Below are positions 47,103 through 60,379 of a DNA stretch of 64,000 nt, piece by piece (position 1 is the stretch's first letter; each line of letters starts with the position of its first letter). The stretch comes from Tubiluchus corallicola (taxonomy: Eukaryota; Animalia; Priapulida). The translations under genes and the position numbers were made by a program. The notes under the pieces were generated by a model. The model worked only from the letters and a program-made list of their open reading frames with translations, was not told the origin of the DNA and did no database searches. The stretch is taken from positions 310,001 through 374,000 of the forward strand of contig JAQGDQ010000111.1 of NCBI GenBank assembly GCA_030141605.1. The letters are read 5' to 3'.

Positions 47103-49787
47103 TCAAAGACCACTGTTTGTCGCTTTTGTCTCATTTCCAGAAAGAGGCTCAGAAGATTCAAGGATGCTCGGCTTGAATTGCACAAGCAAGATGAAGTAAG
47201 TAGCAAACACACCCAGTACCTGCAATTGAAAACATTTTTGGTTTCAGCTTAAAGAATTTTAAGTCATTCTCTTAACTGAAAACTAATGCCTGGAAAGATA
47301 ATAAGTTTGATGAGTCGACATAACTAGCTAGTTGTGTGAGCTGTTTATGACATATATAAACGTTCTGGTTCTGTGCTTTGCTGCACCAAAGGTTACGGGC
47401 ACTAAAAGTCACCATGTGAATAGCAGAGTGGCTGCCCTACGTTCGATACTCGACACACAGATTGGGCTGTTTGCCACATCCAAATATGAATGAATATGCC
47501 TGTTTATTGGCTTATCTTGCAAGATTGTCCTTGACAATGAGTTTCGGTGTTTGTAAAAACGTCGTGTTGTTGTGGCCTTGTCATTGAATAGTGGACTGCA
47601 GAAGTGTGTAGAAATATGGGATACATTTTTTTCTTAATATAGGTATGATTTAACTTGAAGTTAAATGTAGCAACTACGCGAATAATTTCCAGCAACAATT
47701 GTGATCCGAAACATGTTTATGATTTATAGGCTTTACAGAGCTCAGTTTTTAACGTTTTAATACCTTTTTACGGTTTATGGTTCTGGAATATTTTGGGCAA
47801 CAAGTGCAATGCAGGCTAGCTTAGCCTAAGCCACTAAAACCAACCTACATACGGAACATTGCACGTGTTGCCCAAAATATTCCAGAACCGGTAAGGGTAA
47901 AAAGGCTTTAAAACATTAAGAAGTAAACAGTATAAGCCTGAAAATGTTCTTTAGTGTATCTTTAGCATGTATTTTAGCCTATGACTTTCAGTAACTTACC
48001 GTGAGTATGAAACTCCTGTTGATGGTGAAGAATCTATAACCAGTGAGTCCTATATTTTGATCGGAAAGCTTTGTTGCAAAGAACAGCATCTGGTAAAAAA
48101 ATGATAGGCTATAATGGTATCTCATAAAAGGCGTTTGAGTGCACCTGTTTTTTTACGATTCATGTTATAGGAAACTGATTGCCGCTAAAAACTATAGGTA
48201 ATCATTACGTCGTGGTCTGTTTTGCTCATCTGCTTATCTGTACTCAAGAAGCGATTATAATACGAGTAGAAGAATAAGATTTTGGAAGTTAATGTCTCAC
48301 AGGAAGACATGAAAAATGCATTAAAATATCAGGTAAAACGTAGTAAAGTTCAACTATTTTAAACGAGCATATGAAGAAATATCGAGATCTTACATTACAT
48401 CTTTACATACATGTAGATTAGGTTTATAGCACGTTCTAAAAGCACAGATGGGCCTTCACCAAAAAGTTTATTTAAAAAGTCACAAAAAATAGAGGTTCCC
48501 AAGTGATAAAAGATTGCCTGGAGATACAAGAATTGATTGCAATTGCAGAATGCATAATTTACACGGTTTCTGCTGACATAAACTTTATCTTACCTCGAGT
48601 TTTTCATCAGTTGACAATGCTTGAGGACAAACGTCCAAAATCAGTGAAAGAACTTCATGCGCTTTTTCATGGAGTTCAACAGCTGTCAGAGATAAGTTTA
48701 CTATGCTGCAGATTAGGACAAACATTGTACCTGAAGCGGAAATGGCTAACAACATCCCACTAATTGTAAATCCTTCCACTTCGAATACTGCCATCACCAG
48801 ATAAAGTGTTAGTATTACAGATATTATCGTAGAGCCATAGAAGAAAAATAAGTAAACCGAGAATATGTCATCAGTTTTTGCAACTAACTTTGTTAGGTAG
48901 TGATGCTTTTTTTCTATTTTGCAAAGCGCCTCGTAGTAATTGAAATTCTCTGTTTTAGTAAACTCTGCGTATTGGATCGTTGGGTCAAACTCATCACCAA
49001 AGATGAAAGCATGTTTGTACGTGTTAACTTTTGTGGCAAGCTCCTGAAGTTCTTCCAAACATTTGTCCAACCCAATGTTCACCAAACTGCAGAGAATGCA
49101 AATAAATGACGATGGCAGTCGGGTCATAGTGAGTATCCATATAATGGCGAAAATATTTGGTGCAGCAATTTGCAAAGTAGTTGATAAATACGTTTGAAAA
49201 ACATCTTTTCTACTTGCTATTTCATTCAGGACATTGATATAATTAGCAGTTAGTAATTGGTATGTTGGAGCAACAGAGAGCATTAACGTGATAAAGACGT
49301 TGTGGATAATTGCTGAGATGACGGCCTTTTTAGCTGCCTTTCTAACGTGTTCGTATTGCAGTGAGGTACTTTTATTGATCTTGCTGCCACAACCAAGAAG
49401 TGGCTGCCACATTACCTGAAATTTTATCAACTTCTGCTTGTTCCACCTAAAATAAACTGCTCCAAAGACAGCTTGCACGTATATTATCAGATAGATAGCA
49501 AGAGTAAAGCCTGCGCCAGATATACCACTGCTTTTCTGAGTGCTGACGATTTTAATTATTACAAATAGTAGTGCAGCTGTCACTATTACTAGCATGCTTA
49601 ATGTGTATATGGACATCCAATACTGACCACATCTTTTGTTTCTGTTTCCTGTCAAAGGCCAAACGCCAAAAATACTCATAACACAGATTAGTGGCTGTAA
49701 CGCATCGTAAAGAGTTGATCCTTGCAGAAGTTCTTTCTGTCTTGCTGGTGTTGTAGTAACAATGCCTGTGCGAACACGATTTGCCAT
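47103..49787 (-). CDS. Gustatory receptor-like (Gr/Grl, 7tm_7) seven-transmembrane ion channel, ~466 aa
   Basis: Exons 48594-49787, 48000-48089, 47103-47219 with two phase-0 introns. N-terminal ALQPLICVMSIFGVWP, multiple TM helices, and C-terminal IGLTGYRFFTINRSFILT/VLGVFATYFILLVQF containing the TYhhhhhQF signature. Confidence 0.9.
47727..47940. mobile_element. Hairpin MITE in Gr-like intron 2
   Basis: GGTTCTGGAATATTTTGGGCAACAAGTGCAATG (47779) pairs almost perfectly with CATTGCACGTGTTGCCCAAAATATTCCAGAACC (to 47889); weaker pairing extends outward. Confidence 0.75.
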
Positions 49788-52495
49788 TCTTTACTGTGTT
49801 TGTACTAATGCTCGCCAGCGGTTGCTGCAGTTGTACAGTTTCAAAAATTAGAAAAATAGCTGGCCTCAGACAACTGATTGGTTACAGAATGTTCTTAAGG
49901 CTGTTCTTTACTGCACTCATTGCGAAACTGATGTGAGACTCGCAGGCTTTGTCTCTTTCAGTTCCATTAGTCTCATTGCTAGCGTTCGTCTGTTAAAATA
50001 TTAGCTCGACATACGTGCTGTCATCAACTATAGTGCGTGTGACAGTAAACAAGTTCAAACAAAACAAACAAAAAGCTTTTATTGTCACCATATTATTGTT
50101 CTGGTGATGCTTGTGTAATCATTATCTTGTTATGTAAAGAATGTCCACACTTTGTCGATTTTGTAGATTCAGTACCTCTGATCTAGAGAGGTTTTAAATT
50201 CAAGCAGGAACTATAGTTTCTTTCCTTTCAAAATTCTGTTATAGGTCAGTCATGCAAACTGTCGTACGATAGTAGTACATTTTTATGGATGATATAGAAA
50301 ATTAAAACTTCGAGAACGGCAGTCTTTGGTACAGAGAAGACCTTGGAAAACCATTTTTGAAGCAAAGGCATGTCTGACTGTGGAGTCAAACTCAATATTC
50401 CAAAAAAAATTAATCGTGATTCAACTATAAATATTCTGCAGTTTGTGAGTAAATCACATACAAATACAAATATGTCTATATGAAAATTATATGTACATAT
50501 TTATGTGTTTAAAAAGTGAAGTACAACTGCGCTGCAATTAATAATCAAGCATGGTGATTTCAATAAAAGCATAATTATGACCTTTAAACAAAGGTTTACC
50601 TCATATTAAGGTTTAAATTCCGCAACTATTTTTTACAAAAACTGTAGTTTCTGACTATATCAGAAACATTGTCAACCAGTTGTATTTAATTGATAGCTAC
50701 ATGTATAAAATTCTCCATTGCATCTGACGTACATGATTACAAGTATAATAAAATACAGGCAAAATAGTTTCATGTAACTAGTCAGAGACAGTTGTTTACT
50801 GCATTTAAAAGTTTACTAAATTAGAGAAACTTGTTAGATAATGTTGTCGAGTGTTGTAGAAGAGTATAAATTTTAAACATTTGTGTACACAATATTAAGA
50901 CTTAATCACACTATTCTGCTTGAATAGTACAATCAGATATAATTTGCAGTTTATTTTACAACGAAATTGAAACGCGTGATATTATTACAAGATGTCACTA
51001 AAAGAAGAAAAGGACATAAACTTACATGTACAATCAAAGTTAGTTATGATTAGTGCACATAAAGTACTTAAATATAAATATGACAGGTTCTGTGTACACT
51101 GTAATATTTATAAATAGTTACTAATAAGATTGTCCGTTATTATTGATAAATTAATAGATACATAATAATACCTGCTGTTATAATATGCCCTTTGTATACA
51201 TTCATCCCTACAGACGATGAATAATAAATAAACATTTATTTTAATTATGTGATTGTGACAAAATGTTAGCCACGTTAGCAAAAAATTCAAACACTGGTGT
51301 TAGTGAAATTATACTGCTGTTCCATGCCTATAGTCTATAGAGAGATTCAGTAAGTCGTAGCATGTTTAGCTTGTGGATGGTGACAAGTATCCAGTTGTAA
51401 CAAACAGCACCAAAAAGCCGCAGGAAAAAAGTTGTGTAGTGCAAACAATATAAAGACTGCTTTTGGTCCAAGCATCAAGTTCTGGTTTTAGTAACTTATA
51501 GTAAATCAAACTATAGGCCTCAATGTGACACACTGAATGGTATATGTTGATCCGAGATTGGTTGACCTCACGAGTCACGAGCGAAAATGTAAGACGTTCC
51601 GATTTCGCAAAAAATGCAATTTCTGGGTAGCCAAGGATTAAGCGAATCCAATGAAAATAATATTATGACCTTTAGAGTCTTGACCTTAGGATCACAAGTG
51701 AAAAAGTGACAAGTTATAATTTTACGGAAGCTTGTTAATGTTGAGCACAACAGTACTTACATCAAATTTATGGTTATTTTGAAAAGTATTTTTTATTTGT
51801 TAAAACGAAATAAACACTGCCACAGACGCAGAATCTTGCCACAGTTTTCGACATTAGCCAAATTGTAACAATATACAGCACTATTTGCAAGTACAATAAT
51901 AAAATTTTAATAAAATGATTGACGCAAGGACTCAAAAGACATAATGACAATGAAAATGACTGAGAAATATTATTATTCCACTTTGTCAAATGTAATTTTA
52001 AAATCGTACGTATAATTTGGCAGGTAAAATAAAAAGTTACAAGAATAGAGTGGAAATTTATACATTGCCAAAGGCGTTACATTTAATGTCTATTTTTTGT
52101 GAAGCAGCCCTACTTATTGTACATAACATTGTAGCATGCGGCTCATACATGGAGCTGATGCAGATAAACACCCCGATGGCATTTATGCGTACAAACAATT
52201 CAAGTTAAGCACACACACGTGCGAAAATGCCACTTGCGAAGTTAAGTTATGCCACATTTTTGAACAACAGACTCCGTTGTTCTTTTTTATTCGCCGTTCT
52301 TGAACGGTGTATCAATGAGGCGTCTTTGTCTTACAGCCTGCTTCGCTAAAAATTAAGAACTTAAAATTTAGTCAGGAAGTGTCTCAATGAGGAAAAAATA
52401 GTAGCGTGGCAAAATAAAGCAGCCTAGCAGTCACCAACTCAGTTACACCTTTTATACCGTTTCTTTTTCACAGCAATTATATGTTTTTATATGTT

Positions 52496-53110
52496 ATGCC
52501 CACACTGCATCTCGACACTAGGCGGAGGAGCTGCATAAGCAACCAACGGCGAGAGGGCGGAGGAGGTCAAGTGACCCAACTCTCTTGTTATCCCACAGAT
52601 AGTAAGGCAAACAGATCCACAAATAATTTTAAGTAAGCTTTATTATTATGAAGAACATTACAGGTTGCAAACTATTCATGGCGCATTACAGGTCGACGAC
52701 GCACACATTATTCTTGCGCACATTAAGTAGATCTTTTATCAGTGTGTCAGATATGACACCAACGACCATGTGTAGAGGAGTAAACCTTCCAAATCAGGAG
52801 TGGAGCCCCGAAGGCGGACCAGTGCAGCATGCTCACTGACTCCGGCAGCTCCTACAGCCAACCTAGTGCCAAACGCATCGCTCCGCTTTCCTTTGGACTA
52901 CACCAGGGAGGAAGAGAGGGGGTCCTGTTGTCTGGGCAACTCAGGATCTCCACACACCTTGCCCAGGCGTGTGCCCTGGAGAGGCCACTCCAGTGGTTCA
53001 AGGATCGGACTGCTCAGCCACAGTCGTCGCTGTAGCTCCATCAATGTGATCAATAACTGACTCTCTTGGCGCACATTGTCCATTGTCTTCCGAGACAGTA
53101 GGATGCCAAC
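52496..53110 (+). mobile_element. Second, headless copy of the 5S-SINE body, with nested insertion
   Basis: ATGCCCACACTGCATCTCGACACTAGGCGGAGGAGCTGC... to ...GAGACAGTAGGATGCCAAC matches the reverse complement of 19870-20147. Carries ~140 bp (52804-52945) missing in copy 1. Confidence 0.85.
52581..52758 (-). mobile_element. Solo-LTR-like insertion inside SINE copy 2
   Basis: Flanked by a CCAAC duplication (52576-52580, 52759-52763). Minus strand starts TGTCATATC, contains AATAAA and has GATAACA 5 nt before the other boundary. Confidence 0.45.
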
Positions 53111-54613
53111 TTATGTTTTTTCACAGAATGAATTGAATAATAATTGAATAAATCAATGCTCGCAAAGCATTCACGGTAATTCACTTTGTAAAAGCTGAAA
53201 AATTTTTTGATAAAAATTCGGCTCTCCTGCTTTTTAGCAGGAACACCATATCAAAAAAATCTTTCTTTTTGTTATCTTCGCTGCAGTTGAGTCACCTCAC
53301 GCCCTAAAATAATCTATTTTATAAATTAATTAATTAGACAAATGATAATAGTTAATTAATAAGGTTAGTTCCTTAGCGGCCAGACTGAAGCGTTCTAAAC
53401 AGTCTATTCAACTAACTTTTGTACCAAAGCATTAGTTTTATGCTGATAGAATGCAACAAAATATCATACATAACTATATAACTTAAATGCAGCATTACCT
53501 AAGTGCTAAACGTATGCTATAACAATGCCATATTAATAAAATGCAACACTTCTGTTTCGTCGTGACAGGTATTATACATTCGTCGGTTGAGTGCCTGAAG
53601 CACAGAACACGTGCACAGCATGATGTAGACACAGCGTTCGATATGTCTTTTTAGCTATTTTAGATTAATTTGTGAGATTTTATTTTTTTATATTAATTTC
53701 ACTTCAGTGCACTATGGAACTAAAAAGCATACTTGCAAATATTCATCAAAGATAATAAAAAGATAATAATAATGATACAGAAATTACATAATTAAACTTG
53801 AAACATAATTATATAGAATGAATAAAGTTCGGAAAGCCCGTAATTAAAATGTTACCCAAAATTGTGCTAGGTTCCATCTTATTAGATCTAAGTTAGAAAC
53901 AATAGACCTAAACTATGCCCATATACACACTTGTTGCTATAAAATCTATGGCTGCAGCAATGAACTTTAAAAACATTCCTCTGTTGAGAAAAAACAATAC
54001 GTTACATGGCTGCATGTGCTGCTGCATTGACTGTTTGATATTTGCTAAATATAACAATAATGATACTGATTTCTGGTTACTAATGCAGTTACTGTTAGGT
54101 GGGATATAGTTCATGAAGTCCAAATGAGGTCCAATAATTAAACGTGCTTTTCGATACAGGTCAGTCTTGAGTTCAGAAAAAATAACAGACGTGTACACGT
54201 ATGTTTTATTATTTATTTTCGATATATAAACATATATTTGCATGCCTTATTTTTGCACACAAACAGTCAGCCTAATATCGTATTCAGTGCGTGTAGCTAA
54301 AGTCCCAAAGTTCTTTTGAATGAACAAGCAGTCTGCCACCAGTTTAGTAACCACCAATTGCATTAAACATGAACATGGTATTTATAACTGCTTTAAAATT
54401 GATTAAATTGGATGGAAAAAGTGTCTGGTAGCAGTACAGACATTCGTTGGAGAGATCTTTACTTGGGCCTCCAGCAAGTACGTGACCTTCCGATGTGCAA
54501 TATGGCGGTATGTCCAGACGTGATTCGGATTCAAAATCGTCTGCATTGTCATCTCGAGGCTGGTCAGTAACTTAGTTACCTTGGACAATATTTCACGGCG
54601 GAGATAAAGATGT

Positions 54614-54712
54614 CTATATAAAGGACACAGTTTACATAGTACATGCATAACTGTGTCTGCTGCATCTGCGTTAACAACTGGTTTTTGCCTTCCATCGATT
54701 AAACGGTAAGTT
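54614..54712 (+). promoter_or_regulatory. TATA box and non-coding first exon of the Tyr/Gly-rich gene
   Basis: CTATATAAAGG at ~54614-54624, short leader, donor CG|GTAAGT at 54706, and matching acceptor tttgcAG at 55232, 6 nt before the ATG. Confidence 0.6.
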
Positions 54713-55082
54713 CGACCATGGTCGTTTTGTTTTTATTCAGCAATCTCTCTCCCTCCTTTCTCATTTATCCCATTTTCTCTTTCCAAACCACTTTGCAAAC
54801 CAAGTGTTGGAAAAAAGTCAGTTTTCACCTCTTCTGTCCATCTTTCTCTCTCTCTCTCTCGTTCCCCTCTCTTTCTCTTTCTCTCTCTCGCTCTTTCTCT
54901 ATTTCTGTCTTCTCACTCTTCTTACTCTTTTTCTTTCTCTGTCTTTCCATTTTTTTCTTTTCGATGTCTTCCTCTGATTCTCTCTTGCTACCCCTCTTTA
55001 TCTTGCAAACCGAATGTTGGAGAAAAGTCAGTTTCAAATCAAATAAAAATCTTTCAGCTTTTTCTTCATTGTCCTCCTGCTC

Positions 55083-55085
<3 letters not shown>

Positions 55086-55161
<76 letters not shown>
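55086..55161. repeat. (CT)n microsatellite and upstream CT-rich tract
   Basis: Directly visible; the CT-rich region extends from about 54840. Confidence 0.92.
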
Positions 55162-55164
<3 letters not shown>

Positions 55165-55238
55165 ATTCTATTACAGTTTTGAGTTTTGCAGTACGCAGAT
55201 AAACAAATTTCATAATTATTAATTATTTGCAGGTAATC

Positions 55239-57848
55239 ATGAAGGTGGCAATTCTTTGCTTGTCATTGCTAGCGGTAAGTAAGATCTTCGGCAGATTGTC
55301 CGATCGCTCATAGTAAAAAAAGTCTGCTTGCAACGAACTGTCTGCAAACCGTCTCATACAAAATTTGCCCGCACACGGCAGCTTTCGTATGATGCTAATT
55401 GTTTACGGGTAATTATCAGATGACACGAGACTAAATAATTATTGATTTTATTGGTTTAATCTGGTTTGTAAGCTACAAACTTTTTTATCTACCCCGCCCG
55501 GCGCACAACACCCCGTCGTCACTCAGCACGGCATGCGAATATTTCAAAATTTACACTTTTTAAATCAATTTGTATATTTACACAAATGTGTAAACGTGTA
55601 AAGCACCAAACTTGACTTCTTTGCTTACTCTTAATTTCTGCACTCGGTGTGACTGAGCAGGAAACAATAACCACGCCCAGGATCAGTTCTTAACCACTCT
55701 AGGGATTATATTAAGAGACACTTGACAGTGGTTTCTTGCATGAAAGTGTTTCTGAGAGCATTTTCAAAATAAAACTGAAAATTTATGCACAGTTCTTTTT
55801 TAGTTTTGGTACCTTTAATGGTTTAATGGAAACCATGAGGCAAACATCTCATACGATATCCATATCTGAGAATACGCAACAGTTAGTTAGACTTAGTATC
55901 ATGTTCGGCCTGTTAGGACTATCACTTCTTAATTAAGGTTGGTCAAAAATGACTCTTCTACCACTTTGGGTCGGTTGAATGAACTGGCAATCCTGGGTCA
56001 GATTTGACTCACCGTTTTTGATACGTGAGTTAGGTTTTGCTATTACTAAACACTAATTTTGCAGCTGGTGGTAGCTTATGATGACTACGATGGCGGCCAT
56101 TCCTATGGAAAGTACGGAAGGTATGGCGGCCACCACCATGGAAGGTATGGCAGTGATTATGGTAGATATGGACGCCGATACGGCTACGGATCAAAACATG
56201 GCCTTGCTTACACTCCCTACAGGTAAGCTTGGTATATCTTTGTGCTTAAATTCACGGTTGACAGTCTTGTTTGTTTAACATATGGACCAATCTGTTAATA
56301 CAACTAGTCAATGCGTCTCTAGGAACGCGTATGACACTTTAATAAATTTTAATCAAGATTCCGATTTACAGGTCACCTTACAAATACGGCCACCATGGTC
56401 ACGATAGAGTAGCTTACAGGGGATACGACCGGCCAAGCTATTATCACCACGACGATGACTATGTTCGCCGTGGCTACTATGGCAGATACAGACCCACATA
56501 TGACAGTGACTACAATGATGATGGCTATCGTGGCAAGTATGGTGGCTACCGTGGTAAATATGATGGCTACAATGGTAAATATGGCAACTACCGGTATGGT
56601 TACAGTGGACGACATGGTGGGTACGATGACGGGTATGACAGGCACTATGATGGTTACGGTCGTGGTACCTATGGCCACAGCTATCGTCCATCATACAGAA
56701 GTTATTCTCCATCTTACTATGCTAAATCTTATGATGGACCTTACTACAATAGAGCACGTGGTGCCTATTATCATGGCGATAGGGATGCTGGTTATGGTTA
56801 TGCGTCTAGACCAGTTTATGCTGGTTACATACCCAAAGGTATGGTGCAATAATTTATTTATTATGTAATCAGTAATACGCTTGTTATGATCAAGAGATAG
56901 ATAGAATTTGACTAATGACTGGAGAACTGAAGCATAACCAAAAAAAACTACCAGTAGCATATCCAGTGACATGATTTATTTCACAATTGTGACGTTTAAA
57001 CACCATAGCAAGATGTCATAATAATGGAAGTTAAGGAAAAGCCTACAAGAATGAAAGCTACAATTTATAACACAGAACAGAAAACACAATTGAAAGTGGA
57101 TAAATTTTACAACAATTCTGGAAATGTGATGAAATAAATAATTGCTCACCGCAGCAGTGCTGTTGCATAAGAATTGCTAAAAACAACAGAGAACTGAAAA
57201 GAAGAGGTTAGCTAACTAACATACATTTTCAGTTTTACTAGCCAAAGCAATGATAGAAACCGAATTCAAAGTTTCACGAATTTAAGATCAAGAGCTGATC
57301 AAACTTGATGGAACTGTTGAAGTTAAATGCACGATCAAATTCTGTACAGTCGTGGCACATGGAAGTGTTGTACTGACGCCATGTGATTAAAGATCGTCAT
57401 GGCATCTTGTTTTGGTGTTAAAAAGTGAGAGTCGTGAGTACGTCACGTCACTGTGGGTGATGGTGTTTTGTTTTCTGATTAGATTAAGTATGATTTTTCA
57501 GTTACTTTTGTATAGTCTAATATTCTGTAGGCACCCAGTTGCTGAGTTCTATTTAATCTAAGTCGTTGTTGGGGGCCATTCCTGGTGGTTTACACTAAAA
57601 AATACTGTAGGCAACAAAATCGCAGAGATGGGAGACACAGCTAGTAGTGAAACCAGACTTATTCTATTCCTTTCACTCCTGAATTATCGTTTTTCTTGTT
57701 GTATTATACTTGTTGTTGTTGTCGTTGTTGTTGAAGATGATGATGATGTTGTTGTCGTTAACGTTGTTACTGTTATTATTATTAATTTATTTTTATAGGT
57801 GACGTTGTCAAGGAAGCAGTGGTAGAGGTAGATGTAGCCGCAGAGTAG
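55239..57848 (+). CDS. Secreted Tyr/Gly/Arg/Asp/His-rich low-complexity protein, 236 aa
   Basis: Exons 55239-55274, 56065-56222, 56372-56838, 57799-57848; 711 nt, phases 0/2/1, no internal stop. Signal peptide MKVAILCLSLLALVVA, then YDDYDGGHSYGKYGRYGGHHHGRYG...GYRGKYGGYRGKYDGYNGKYGNY...AGYIPKGDVVKEAVVEVDVAAE*. Confidence 0.85.
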
Positions 57849-60379
57849 GAATGGAAGTGTGGTACATAAGATGAGAGCACGTTAAAAGATAAAAGAATGT
57901 CTATGTGTTTTATCAATAATTTATTTCAATAGTTTTGGCTTTGGCAACAATATAATTTCCGTTAGTACTTATTCATTCACATGTATATGTCAGGTTTATA
58001 TGAGCAATTGAAGTACACCATCTGATTCTAAATGATTTGTCTTTCAGTGCTTGGATAATATAACTTTGGTAAACCAAGCGTTAACTTGGAAAGGACTGAA
58101 AGGAAAAATTTAAAAAAAATGTTGGAAAATTAATTAGAACTACTTTTGGAAATAGAAATGATACAATTAAATAGAGGAGTGATGAAGAAAGACAAAGAAT
58201 CAGCAGGATAAGAACAAAGAAACGTTGAAGAAACTTAGGAAAGGAAGGAAAGAAGAAAGGAATTACGGTAATGAGAGGGAGAAAGTAAGGAAAAGATACT
58301 AAGAAAGAAAGAAAAGAAAACCAAGAAACACAACAAGATGAAAAAAGAAATTAAAGAAAAGAAAGCAAGAAAAAGAAAACAGAACAAACAAGACAGAAGG
58401 AAAGAAACAAAGTAAAGACAAAAGGGATTTGAAATATTGTTGATTGTTCAAACTAGTCATTGTCTGTCAGATCTCCATTCATGTGCAACATATGCCTCAA
58501 CACGTAATAAGAACGTTAATTTTCAATGGGAAACGTAGTATAGTAGTAAAAGATATAGTAATGCATTGTTTGTTTGATCTTAAAATTTACAGATATTTAA
58601 TTGCTATGATTATTAAATTAATAAAAACACATGATTTCTTATTAATAGGTTGTCTTTATGTTTTGTTATTGATTGCATTTATCTACGTTTCCACAACTAG
58701 ATTTAAGTCTATGTTTGCTGTGTACATTATGATCATGAGTAACAAAAAAATGAAAATAAGAACGAATCTCGCAAATTTTTGGTTTTTGATTTAAAAATGT
58801 ATGAAAAGAAATCAGAAACAAAAAATTGACCGAGCTTCTACGTTCTCATATGGTTATGACTATCGCGCATATGACTATAGCATTTATACATGACTATAGT
58901 ACAATATTGTGTGGCATGGTTAGATCCGTGATAAGGAGCCTCTACATCGTCTCTTAGAACTGCGTACTAACAGGACACATTTCCGGATTCGGGCCTACTA
59001 GGAGACATGAACTGGGTCTCTCGATGAAAACATCTTTTCCTATTAGACTGAAATCCTTCATGTCCCAGTTTATCAGATCGCCATGCAAGTTGAAACATGT
59101 CGTTGCCATGCTACCTATCAGATAAAAAAAACTAATTTTAGTTCTTATTCAACTAACCCGGGTTTATTACTCTGCTCACATTTACCACACATGAAGATAA
59201 TACGACGCGCTAGGCTGATAGTTAAATACTACCCATCTATATTATGGATTCCTGGCTGTATATGTGGTGTCTTAGTAGCCCTATTACCAACGTGGTTACT
59301 GTTAATTATATAAATATTTGACATAGCGCTTATATCTAAACGAGCTGCCCAGCTCTTTGATGTGCAGTACCTTTTATACAATAACTTACTTTTTTATAAA
59401 CTACCAGTATATAGTGAATGTTATTAATTTTTAGAGAATTTAAGAAGCTTTTATGATTTGTGTAGGGTTTATATATAAACTGTCTCATCAACTGATTGTG
59501 GTGCGTTATAAAATACGTGCTTTACACGAATATGAAAAGATATGCATTTTCCGAAAAGTTATTAACACAAAGCCACAAATATTTTGGCACCCTAGACTAC
59601 AGTCTATTGGTAAATACGATAGACAGACAGACAGAGAAAGAGAGGAAAAAAGGAAAACAATTCCAACTTTTGAACTGTAGACCTGGGATCTAAAATACCA
59701 AAATGGCAAATATCGTTTTTCCAAGAATGACTTCCATTAAAGAATTATTACAGTAGAAGCTCAGAAGCAAGCAGAATGAGCTGAGTAATTACTACGTAAT
59801 TTTGAGCAATAAATGAGTGGCTGGCCATGGCATCTGACACATTTGCAGGGCGGCTTTCTGCTATACTGCCCTGGGTATAATTCCCTTCATCGAGGGAGAA
59901 TCCACACATGTGAATGAGGCTGTAAAAACATGGCTCGTACATGACTAGACCTCTGCTGGTCCAATGCTTCATCTCAGAAGAATTTTTCATAAAAGGCTTG
60001 ATCCCAGTCTGGTCCCATCACAATCATCTATGCAATGTATGGTTTTCATTGAGTGCTGGATTTAAGGTTGGAGTCTATAAACAGTATAAAAAAATGCTTA
60101 TGCCCTCAGATGTGCATAGACCTGTTTTAAATGGTAACTGCTTTTGGGGATGGGTACCTGCTTATTGACCATAATAATAGTCACAAGTACATTACATATA
60201 CAGATGAGGTAACTGATCTTAATCGTCCATATTAAATAAATGCATTATTACATGGCTATCATTAAGCACACAGAAGATCAAGAAAATATTAAAATAAAAA
60301 AAACTTGAATTATGCATCTGTTAAATATCAAACTTATTTAAAATTTCAAAGCACAATTTAAATATATTGAACCTATTTT

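Noticed and set aside
56078-56972. Met/Val/Thr-rich and His/Cys-rich ORFs in the track
   Set aside because: Shadow frames of the Tyr/Gly-rich exons; only the Tyr/Gly frame links to the signal peptide through valid splice phases.
59748-59990. 80-aa minus-strand ORF as continuation of the pentraxin gene
   Set aside because: No pentraxin C-terminal motif and no convincing splice sites.
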